A stretch of 62,418 bases of DNA, filler included, from Vannella sp. (lineage: Eukaryota), in assembly GCA_023345925.1 (NCBI GenBank). It is 6 parts of 6 records of this genome, joined end to end, with 100 filler letters (N's around TTAATTAATTAA, not from the genome) between each part and the next. Parts side by side here need not be neighbours in the genome. Positions count along the whole stretch, not along the records: positions 39,341 to 47,575 come from JAJQQN010000848.1; positions 47,676 to 56,735 come from JAJQQN010000936.1; 4 more parts are not named here. One strand, given 5' to 3'. Below, one piece after another: positions 44,001-53,069 of the stretch. Position 1 is the stretch's first letter. Each line of letters opens with the position of its first letter. The position numbers were made by a program, and so were the translations under genes. The notes beneath the pieces are model-generated. The model saw nothing but the letters and a program-made list of their open reading frames with translations, had not been told where the DNA came from and did no database searches.

Positions 44001-45048
44001 CGGTCATTACTAGCCTTGGCAACCTGCAATAGCTTAATCAAAGCTGTTACCGTCACGTTGCCACCAGCTTTGATGGAGTTGTGAGACACGGAGGATTCAT
44101 TCAGCTCAGGGATGTCTTGCACATCAATCAGAAGCTTGCTTGGGTCCTCTTTGTAGATCCCAAGGGCAGTGTTGGCGACTACTAAGCGGGAACCTGCAAT
44201 CCCTTTTAAGCGGAGGGTAAAAAGGACAAGGAAGTACGAACCAGGATGCTCCAACAGCTCAAAGACATTGTCCAAGCTGCTAGGGCGGACCCAGGAGAGT
44301 CCATTCTTTTGAAAGTGAGCAGATGTGCGAGGCCTGTTTTGAAGGAATGAAGGGAAAGCCCTATCTGCAGGCTTGCACTTGGAGTAGGGCTCTGTTGAGG
44401 TCTTGCCCGAGCAAACCAAATCTTCGATGTCAGCTGTCTGACAGAGAGACTTGCAAGCGTCAAGAATGGGACGGTATCCTGTGCATCGGCAAATGTTACC
44501 ATCGAAAGCCTTCTCCATCTCTGCAGGAGCCACTTGTCCCTATCTTTGACATTAAGAACTTTGCAAACAGAGGACAAGCCCAACACAACGCACCTCACTC
44601 TCCACAAGGGTAGAGTAAGCAGTCATCACCATTCCAGGAGTGCAGAATCCACATTGAAGCCTTTGTAGCGGTGAGTTTGAGGGTAGAGAAGTCACTAAGC
44701 ATACCCGTGGAAGCCAGCAATCCGCTCTTGGATGGGATGATACCCAACTCTGGGACCACCAAGGCCTTCCGTCGTAGTGACAGAGCAGCCATCCATCACA
44801 GCCAAAGGACGAAGGCATGAGTTCACCGACATGTGAGTGATTTTTCCGTCAGGTCCAAGTGTTGCAACATCAACAGCACAGGCACCACAGCCTCCCTCAC
44901 CGCAGCTGAGCTTGGTGCCAGAAAAGGGCGTTTGGCGACGAATAAAGTCATTAAGAGTGACAGCAGGGTCCACATTCTCCGCAGGTAAGCGAAACTCCTT
45001 CCCATTGACCGCAAAGAGAAGGTCAGGAGAGAAAGAGTCGGCCTTCAT
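41009..45048 (-). CDS. Molybdo-flavoenzyme of the xanthine dehydrogenase/aldehyde oxidase family, aldehyde-oxidase-like
   Basis: 2Fe-2S motifs GTKLSCGEGGCGAC, QCGFCTPG and GNICRCTGYRPI; FAD domain; Moco motifs HFYMEP, GGAFGGK, GQAEGAFVMG and SKASGEPP. Three introns near the 5' end (e.g. 44661-44704). Confidence 0.95.
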
Positions 45049-45256
45049 CGAGAGAAGGCCGAAAAAATACGTCCAGCAAGCTTGCCAACCAACGAGGCCA
45101 TTCTCCCAGAAAATTGAGAAATTAACTGTTGTCAATTGTGAGCTCATTCTTATTTCATTCTGTCTGAAGGGAGAGAGCCAGCCGGTCTTTGGGCAGTTTG
45201 GCGATTCCTCAATGGCGGATCGGAGGGAGGGCCTTTGTTAGGTAACATCCGCCAGT

Positions 45257-45760
45257 CTACCGTAATCGGCGAGAAAACAGAAGAGTGACGAAGAAGGAAC
45301 CGTTAGACTCCTGCGAGACGCCAACTGCTGCTGTATCAAAGTTGCCAAGCAGGTTTTCTCGGTGACCAGAGCTGTCGATCCAGCTTTTCACTGCTAGTGG
45401 AGGAACCTGTGGGAAAGGGCGGCCCGAGGAGAAGAAAAGGTTCTCCGCGTGCTCGTGGGAGACAAAAGGAAACTGCCTCACTCGCTCTTCCATCCCTGCG
45501 TGCCCGAACGGCACTTTCTTCTCACTCATATTCCGACTGTGTTGACTTCCTATCACGAAGAGCTCTTCAGACCACTCAACAGGCCTCAAACGAGGCTTTT
45601 GACGGGAGCGGAACTCGTTGATGAGGCGAAGGCACTCCTTTCCCACACGTTTCAAGTTCCTCTCCGATACAAGATCACTCCCTCGGCTTGTATGCACCGG
45701 TGTTGTACTGACGAGTGCTGCGTGCGGGCGAACAGTAGCCTTGGGAGAGGAGCGGCTCAT
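45257..45760 (-). CDS. CAP/SCP domain protein (bacterial YkwD-like type)
   Basis: LINEFR, HSRNM, FGH, AENL, WIDSSGHRENLLG, AVGV. Confidence 0.88.
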   Translation of the reverse strand: MSRSSPKATVRPHAALVSTTPVHTSRGSDLVSERNLKRVGKECLRLINEFRSRQKPRLRPVEWSEELFVIGSQHSRNMSEKKVPFGHAGMEERVRQFPFVSHEHAENLFFSSGRPFPQVPPLAVKSWIDSSGHRENLLGNFDTAAVGVSQESNGSFFVTLLFSRRLR

Positions 45761-45824
45761 GAGAGGGGGAGAATGACCCAATCAAATAATAACTTGTCAA
45801 ATTCATTCATTATGATGATGGCGA

Positions 45825-46688
45825 TCATAAGAGGTGAGGAGTGGTGTTGAGCTGGAGCAAGTGCGGGTCTTGAGAGCGGAAGGCTCCCTCGTTGTCACGA
45901 GTCAGGTTGAAGCGTACAGTGGAGAGAGAAGTATTCCAAAGGTCAAAGGGTAAGGTGGTACTGCAGTTGGGACCAGAAAGAATGCAGGAAAGGAGAACTC
46001 TGAGAAAGAAACCGTGAGAAACCAACACAACCTGACAGGGAGGGAGTGAAGGGTCGAAGAGATCCCGATCGGACAAGAGACCTCCCAAATGATCGATAAA
46101 TGCGCGGGCGCGGCCCTGCATTTGCGAGGGGGTTTCCATTGTTGGACGGGAAGGGGGTTGCAGTCGACTCGGTTCCTCCTCCAGCAGTTGGGCGATGTGT
46201 CCAGGATGCTCTCCCCAGAAGATAGCGAGCTTTCCCCAGTTCGCCACAGAGTCCCTGTGGAACTCCTCTACGGAACTGATCCCAAGAAGTTCTCTTGCTG
46301 TCCCATCATTCACCAACTTGCCGACAACTGCATGGTAGCTGCAGCCTTCGCTTTCTCCAAAGGACACCTCGCGGACATGATCGGACTCTCCAAGATTCAC
46401 AGACTCCCAGCCAGCGCCAGAGCGTACGAGAACGGCAGTTTCCTTTGCTCGAGAGAGAGGAGAGGTGATGAATACTTCAGGGATGCTAAGAAGGCGGTGC
46501 AGACTGTTAGCAGATGACTCGCACCGCAAGGCATTCTCTTTGATGAACCGCCCCAACGCTCGAGCTTCCTCTTGACCTTTCTCTGAAAGAGGAACGTCCA
46601 GCTGCCCCTGAATGATCTTTTGGCGGTTGTAGAGCGTCTCACCATGCCTGATGCAGGTCAAAATGATCTGGCGTGAAGCACATGACAT
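45825..46688 (-). CDS. Histidine phosphatase superfamily (phosphoglycerate mutase/TIGAR-like)
   Basis: RHGET, QGQLDVPLS, SPLSRAKETA, REVSFG..EG, VSHG, NTSLS. Confidence 0.92.
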   Translation of the reverse strand: MSCASRQIILTCIRHGETLYNRQKIIQGQLDVPLSEKGQEEARALGRFIKENALRCESSANSLHRLLSIPEVFITSPLSRAKETAVLVRSGAGWESVNLGESDHVREVSFGESEGCSYHAVVGKLVNDGTARELLGISSVEEFHRDSVANWGKLAIFWGEHPGHIAQLLEEEPSRLQPPSRPTMETPSQMQGRARAFIDHLGGLLSDRDLFDPSLPPCQVVLVSHGFFLRVLLSCILSGPNCSTTLPFDLWNTSLSTVRFNLTRDNEGAFRSQDPHLLQLNTTPHLL

Positions 46689-46876
46689 CTCCAAGGCCTT
46701 GATGGGAGGTGCCCAAAGAAGTGATCAAGAGGCTGAGCTTTCCCGCTTCCTTCAATGGACGAATCAAATCAACTTGTTGGTTGAATTGATAATGATTACC
46801 TACTTTCTTAAACACAAGTCAATGGTGCTACTGACGGAGTACTGAGGGCGTTCCATTCGCTCCATCCCTTGGCCAG

Positions 46877-47575
46877 ATGTCAAACCAACCGCCAAGTGGG
46901 GCAGGAGGAGTCTCCAGTGGGGTCCTTGGCAGTGAGCCTTCCAAAAGATCTTCCAATGTTAGTTTGGTGAATGACTCTGCCTTCTTTTTGCTCACAGCGG
47001 CGATACAGATGACTGGGAGTGGGCGAAGCCAGCGACCACCCAGCGATCCAGCTCCAGAGCCTCCAGTAGCCGCTCTCTCTGTTGAACCTAGGACACACTC
47101 TTCATTTACTGAAGAGCCTCATACTCTGCCCGTTCCGCGAGCGCTACCAGAGGTGGCCAGGCAAGTATCAGCGCCCTCCTTTGGGGACAGGAGGAACAAG
47201 CCTGCTTCGTTGAACATGCCTCCTCCACTCGATCTTCCTCCTCCTCCTCCATCTGAACCACGGCTACGGGTCAAACCACCAGCACAACCTATCTTTCACT
47301 CTTTTGATGTGAGGCAGAAGTTGCTGACCAACCCAAAGAGATACGCCATCCGTCATACGCCTAGCGTGACATACCAGACCCTCTTTGCAAAGGATACAGC
47401 TGAGCCTATCAAGGAGAGGAAGATGAAGCTTCTGGAAGGGAGCATCCGTGCGGTTGATCCCCGAAAGCCCTCGTTAGCTCAACGCCGCCGCTCTCTGACG
47501 ATCTTACCTCGAAAAGGATCTTGCAACGAACCAGCCACAGCTTCATTCGTTTCCCGATCGAGCAAGAGAAGAAGC
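46877..47575 (+). CDS. 5' part of an unidentified Pro/Ser-rich protein, truncated by contig end
   Basis: Open frame from ATG 46877 into the spacer; a probable short intron near 46950-46997. Confidence 0.5.
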
Positions 47576-47675
47576 NNNNNNNNNNNNNNNNNNNNNNNNN
47601 NNNNNNNNNNNNNNNNNNNTTAATTAATTAANNNNNNNNNNNNNNNNNNNNNNNNNNNNNNNNNNNNNNNNNNNN
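47576..47675. other. Artificial contig-joining spacer
   Basis: N-TTAATTAATTAA-N linker. Confidence 0.98.
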
Positions 47676-47971
47676 GAGAAGCCAGCAGCCACCAGGGTCA
47701 TGGGGGGTACTTCTGGGACTTGTTCGAAGGTGAGAGGAGAAGCAGAGAAGCGGGACGAGCCAGCCTGCCACACACTGCCCTCCGCATCAAGGACGAGGGA
47801 GTGGGAGCATCCCCAGTCCACCTGAACCGGCTGCGGGCCCTTCCAGGGGACCATTGAGGGTGTGTGTTGCTCATTCTTGTGACCGAGACCGAGTTGGCCG
47901 TATGTGTTGTCTCCAAAAGCCAAAAGGGCCCCTTCGAGGGAGAGGAGGAGCGTGTGGTCGCCAATGGGCAT
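47676..47971 (-). CDS. RCC1-repeat protein, 3'-truncated
   Basis: HTLLL...AFGDNTYGQLGLGH and GCSHSLVLDAEGSVW repeats. Confidence 0.88.
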
Positions 47972-48212
47972 TCCAATGAATGGAGGAAATCCGTTCCCAA
48001 CAGCTCTTCCCGTCCTTTATGCATCCTCGTCATTCATTCCAGTCCCTAACGTCCAGGAGGTCCTGGTTTGACCTTCCTTCGACAGAAAGAGTGTCTGGAA
48101 GCAGCTACTCGTGGATACGGGAGGCCAATGGCCTTTATGACGTCCAGAGTACGTTCGAGATAGCCTGTCGTGGAGCTGTCATGATCAAAGTCGCCCGCTT
48201 GGTCATTTTTTG

Positions 48213-50183
48213 ATGCTCCGAGGGGTTGTGAGGGCGCCTTCTTGGCGGCGGCAGGCGGTAGTGAGGACGTGCTGCGGCGGAGAGGCAAAAGAACAGTTGG
48301 ATCTTGAGAGGAAGACGTTTCGCGAGGAGAGGGAAGTGCGTCTGGCTGGCTGGGTGGAGGGGAAAGATCGCTCTTCCACGTTGTATCCTCCGATGGAGGG
48401 TTTACCGTCTCATACGCTGAACCAGTATCGAGAGAAGTATGGAGAACTCTTAGAGCCAGAAGAGGAGCTATCTGGAGAGCTTGTTACGCTATGCGGGCGC
48501 GTCTACAGTAAAAGGCTGTCTGGAAAGAAGCTTATCTTCTTCGATCTCCGCTCTGATGGTGGATCCGTGCAAGTCATGGCTGTGATCAACTCTTATCAAC
48601 CCGCAGAGAAGGGAATCCCTTTCGAGAGGCTTGTGGACACCATCAATCGAGGAGATCTCCTCGGTAGGTCTCGCGCTCTAACCTACTCTGATACTAATCG
48701 TGTTCAGTGGTGAAAGGAGTGCCGAAGAAGACCAAAACAGGAGAGCTAAGCATTCTACCCACGCACATTGAACTTTTGGCACCTTGTCTGCACCCGATTC
48801 CTGCTTTCCATGGACTTAAGGACACTGTAAGTTTCAAAGAAAGGTTAGGTACTTGGTTTCTCATGTCTGGCTATCAGGAGAGCCGCTACCGCAAGCGATA
48901 TCTGGATTTAATGATTAACGATCCAATGAGACAACGGCTTATCACGCGATCGCGCGTGATTAACGCTATCAGAAGGGGTTTAGAAGATGAAGGATACGTA
49001 GAGGTAGAGACTCCTACTCTTTGGAGTGATGCGGGAGGAGCGAACGCAACGCCTTTCGTAACGCATTTGAAAGCAATGGATCGCCAGATCCCTCTTTTTC
49101 TCCGTGTCGCCCCTGAACTGTTTCTCAAGGTGAAAATCTCTCGCTGAATGGTCTTATAGGCTTAATCCTGGCCTAGATGCTTGTCGTAGGTGGGATGGAA
49201 CGAGTATTTGAGCTTGGAAAGCAATATCGCAATGAAGGCATCGACGCCACTCACAATCCTGAGTTTACGAGCTGCGAATTCTACCGGGCCTATGCGGATT
49301 ACAACCACATGCTCGACTTTACTGAGCGCCTCATTTCTCATATCCTTTCCACCTTGGTGCCCCTCTGTTACTGGGCTTCCTATTTTCCCTTCACTCTCAC
49401 CTACAGATGGCAATGAGCATTAATGGTTCACTTGAAATGGAAGCAGAGGGGAAGACCATTGACTTTTCCACTCCCTTTAAGCGAGTGGACATTATGTCCA
49501 CTTTAGAGGAGAAAATTGGGGAGAAGTTACCTGATCCTAACAACGACGGCAAGTCACTGGGTGAAGCTAATACTGTTTTCATTAATGCCTTTATCAGATA
49601 GCGCTCAGTGGGATGCCCTTTGCACCCGGTTGGGTGTCAAATGTGCACAACCTCGCACGACTGCCAGACTTCTTGACAAGTTGATTGGCCATTATCTGGA
49701 AGTGGATTGCGTTAACCCAACTTTCCTTATCCACCACCCGCGGATCCTAAGCCCTTTGGCGAAGCAGCACAGGTGCCCAACCAAAGCAGGATTGACCGAA
49801 CGCTTCGAGCTGTTCATCAATGGAATGGAAATATCGAACGGATACTCTGAATTGAACGACCCGGAGGAGCAACTCGCTAGATTCCAGAGTCAGCTTGAGG
49901 TGAGCTTTACTTGTGTGATGTGCAAAAGGGACTGACCTTTGTTTTCAGGCCCGCAAACAAGGAGACACGGAGGCCCAACCTAGTAATCTCGAGTTTATCG
50001 AAGCGTTGGAACACGGACTCCCTCCGACAGCTGGCTGTGGGATTGGAGTGGATCGATTGGTCATGCTTCTCACATCCGTTCAACAAATCAGGGTGAGTCT
50101 TCTTTATCCATTCCTTCACATCCTCCTTCTGACCGCTATTGAAGGAGGTGATTGGCTTCCCTCTTTTGAAAAAGAAGGAATAA
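48213..50183 (+). CDS. KARS: Class II lysyl-tRNA synthetase with N-terminal mitochondrial-type presequence, multi-exon
   Basis: OB-fold [32 protein letters not shown], motif 2 [21 protein letters not shown], motif 3 [27 protein letters not shown]. Confidence 0.95.
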
Positions 50184-50366
50184 ACGCAAACTACCTCGAC
50201 AACTTGTGATGATTCGCTCTTATGAAGATGGTAACTGGTATGATCTGGAAAGGTGCATTCTGGAACCTCCTAAAGTCAGTTCGGCAGAGACTCTGGTGTT
50301 CCCGTGGATCTCCTTTTGTCGGTGGAACTTTATTTGAAAAGTTTTTGCCGTTCAATGTTCAACTTC

Positions 50367-51014
50367 TTACCCAAGGATACCGTACGACTCGGCAGCGGTG
50401 ATGTTAGGATTGTAGATGACCCGAAGGATGGACGGAATGTACTTTCCAGCAGTGGCGACGATGTTCCTGACGCAAGTGCCTACAATGTGTTCGCTGAGTG
50501 AGCCCTCTGCAGTATTGGAAAACATGAAGAACGTCTCTCCATCGCTCATGTCCATCTGGAATCCTCCCACGATGAGGCCAAAGTTAATGAGCGTGAGGAG
50601 CTTGGCTGCTTCTTCTCTGCGTTGAACAGGGACCATACAGGGAACAGGTACCTTGCAACAGAGAGTGTTCCGTTGGATTCTGATGATGGTATTCAGGGTC
50701 ACACCGTCGTGCGTGATGTTGAAGGAGCCGGATGGTTCATTGGGTACTTGTCGGAAGCCCTTAATCTCAGCCCTCAGAATGTGCTGAAGAACAACCTCCC
50801 ACATCTGCTCTGGCGTAAGATCCTCAGGAACATCCTCAATAGGCGCCCTGTTTCCGGATGGAGCTCCCTCTTCAGCCTGCAAGTCCACATCAGCGTCTGA
50901 TAGCTCTCCCTCTCGCATGAGATTAGCTAAACGCCTCGCTACTTCAGGGTCTTGCAAAAGCGAGGCAACATCAGGGTCTTGCAAAAGTGCAGCGAGAGCT
51001 TCTTCTCCTGACAT
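50367..51014 (-). CDS. YbjN-domain (T3SS-chaperone-like fold) protein, type A copy 1, with N-terminal LLQDP repeats
   Basis: VPVQRREEAAKLLTLINFGLIVGGFQMDMSDGE matches the YbjN pattern VP..R...LT..N.GL..G.F.MD..DGE; intronless. Confidence 0.8.
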   Translation of the reverse strand: MSGEEALAALLQDPDVASLLQDPEVARRLANLMREGELSDADVDLQAEEGAPSGNRAPIEDVPEDLTPEQMWEVVLQHILRAEIKGFRQVPNEPSGSFNITHDGVTLNTIIRIQRNTLCCKVPVPCMVPVQRREEAAKLLTLINFGLIVGGFQMDMSDGETFFMFSNTAEGSLSEHIVGTCVRNIVATAGKYIPSILRVIYNPNITAAESYGILG

Positions 51015-51165
51015 GGCGAGCGCACAAAATGAACAAAAGAACGAACAAAGAATGAACGAAAATTATTGGGACATGCACCCTGTGGGGGTCTCTAAACCCT
51101 AAACCCTTTGTAGAACAGCAGTCAACAATGAAGGTTGTTGATTTATATGGACGACTTGCCAGAGC

Positions 51166-51651
51166 TTACTGCTGCAAGGATTTGTAGGCTTCAACACCAG
51201 AGACGGAAGGGTCGAAGATAAGGCGCATGACTGCGGGAAGGTATTGGTTGGAGGTCGACAAGGCTGTGGCAATGCAACTGGTGATAACCTTATCTCGTAG
51301 CTTCTCTCCAAAGATGTGGCTGCAAAGGTAGAAGAGTTCTCCATCGCGGACGTCCATTTGGAAGCCTCCAACAAGGAGGCCAAAGTTGACGTGAGTGAGA
51401 AGCTGCGACATTTCATCGCGTTGGTCTTCTGGTACAGCAACAGGAAGAAGCACCTTGATAACCAAACAGCCGCTCTGAATCTTGACGCTCACGATAGTCG
51501 AAATACCGTTCCTCCCAGTGTAGTTGAAGTCTCCACGACGAGATCCCGGAGCCACAAAGATACCCTTAATACCTGCTTCGGTAAGGTGGTCCATGACAGC
51601 CTGCCAGGCGACATCCTTGGGCTTGAGTTGCGGCACGTCCTCGAGGGTCAT
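51166..51651 (-). CDS. YbjN-domain protein, type B copy 1
   Basis: VPEDQRDEMSQLLTHVNFGLLVGGFQMDVRDGE; intronless. Confidence 0.8.
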   Translation of the reverse strand: MTLEDVPQLKPKDVAWQAVMDHLTEAGIKGIFVAPGSRRGDFNYTGRNGISTIVSVKIQSGCLVIKVLLPVAVPEDQRDEMSQLLTHVNFGLLVGGFQMDVRDGELFYLCSHIFGEKLRDKVITSCIATALSTSNQYLPAVMRLIFDPSVSGVEAYKSLQQ

Positions 51652-51768
51652 GAGAAAATGAGAATAAAGGGTGCAATTAAATAAGGCCTTTCCTCTCTTT
51701 ATCCGTTTTAATAAACCTCTTGTTTATTATTGAATTTTATGTGACCTCTTCATGTGTGTGGGACCTCT

Positions 51769-52413
51769 TTATCCAAGCAGTTGATAGGACTCAGAGGCAG
51801 TGATGGTGGGGTTGTAGATGAGTCGCATAATGGCTGGAATGTACTTTCCGGCGGTGGAGACGGCGTTCTTGATACAGATGCCGACGATGTCGGCATTGAG
51901 GGAGCCTTCAGCTGTGTTGGCGAACAAGAAGAACGTCTCTCCATCGCTCAGATCCATCTGGAATCCTCCCACGATGAGCCCAAAGTTGATGAGAGTGAGG
52001 AGCTTGGCGACCTCTTCTCTACGGGGGAGAGGAACTGCTGAAGGGACAGGAACTTTGGTGAGGAAGGTGTTGCGTTGGATTTTGAGGATGGTGTTGAGGG
52101 TCAGGTTCCCGTGCGTGATGTTGAAAGACCCCACTGTTTGGTCAGGGACTTGTCGGAAGCCTTTGATGTCAGCGCTTAGCAGGTGGATTTGTACAACCTC
52201 CCACATCTCCTCCGGTGTGAGGTCCTCTTCTCTGTCAGAACCCTCCGTGTTGTCTGAAGGGGCCGCATCTTCTGACCCTTGCAAGTCGACGTCACCTCCT
52301 GCCAGGGCACCTGCCAACCGCGTCCACACTGCAGGGTCTTGCATAAGAGCAGAGTAAGCTTCGTCCACACTCATCTCCATCGACGTAGTCAAAGATGGTT
52401 CGTTGCCTGACAT
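51769..52413 (-). CDS. YbjN-domain protein, type A copy 2
   Basis: VPLPRREEVAKLLTLINFGLIVGGFQMDLSDGE; co-linear with 50367-51014. Confidence 0.8.
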   Translation of the reverse strand: MSGNEPSLTTSMEMSVDEAYSALMQDPAVWTRLAGALAGGDVDLQGSEDAAPSDNTEGSDREEDLTPEEMWEVVQIHLLSADIKGFRQVPDQTVGSFNITHGNLTLNTILKIQRNTFLTKVPVPSAVPLPRREEVAKLLTLINFGLIVGGFQMDLSDGETFFLFANTAEGSLNADIVGICIKNAVSTAGKYIPAIMRLIYNPTITASESYQLLG

Positions 52414-52508
52414 GGCAGGACAAGAAAAAAAGACCAAAAGTGAGAATGCACCCTCCCTTGAGATGAAGGCGAATCAAGGAAACAAGACTATTGGCATTCA
52501 CGAACAGT

Positions 52509-52988
52509 TTAGTGGTTCAATGAAGCGTAAGCTTCCGCGGCAGAGAGAGAGGGCTCGAAGATGAGGCGCATGACTGCGGGCAGGTATTGGTTGGAAGTGG
52601 ACACGGCAATGCTTAAGCTACTGGCGATGACCTTCTCTCGCAGGTGGGCTTCGAAGATGTGGCTACAAAGGAAGAAGAGCTCTCCATCGCGAACGTCCAT
52701 TTGGAATCCCCCAACGAGGAGGCCAAAGTTGATGAGAGTGAGAAGCTGAGACATTTCATCGCGTTGCTCTTCAGCCACAGCGACTGGTAGACTCACTTTG
52801 TACACTAAGCAACCAGACTGAATCTTGGCGGTGACTATGGTGGCCACGCCGCAGCTTCCAGTGTAGTTGAAGTCTCCTCGGTTAGATCCAGGGACACTGA
52901 AGATTCCCTTGATACCCGCCTTTGCAAGATGGTCCATGACTGCCTTCCAGGCAACATCATTGGGTGCAAGCTGAGCCTCCGAGGACAT
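52509..52988 (-). CDS. YbjN-domain protein, type B copy 2
   Basis: VAEEQRDEMSQLLTLINFGLLVGGFQMDVRDGE; co-linear with 51166-51651. Confidence 0.8.
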   Translation of the reverse strand: MSSEAQLAPNDVAWKAVMDHLAKAGIKGIFSVPGSNRGDFNYTGSCGVATIVTAKIQSGCLVYKVSLPVAVAEEQRDEMSQLLTLINFGLLVGGFQMDVRDGELFFLCSHIFEAHLREKVIASSLSIAVSTSNQYLPAVMRLIFEPSLSAAEAYASLNH

Positions 52989-53069
52989 CAGAGAATGATA
53001 ATCCCGAAAGCCGCAAGCAGGCGGGGTGCAAAACTTGGAGCTTTGCGTTTGATTGGGGGAATGTCACCT

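Noticed and set aside
44200..44245. Apparent insertion SYFLVLFTLRLKGIAG in the XDH ORF
   Set aside because: Explained as a stop-free in-frame GT-AG intron, not a protein insertion.
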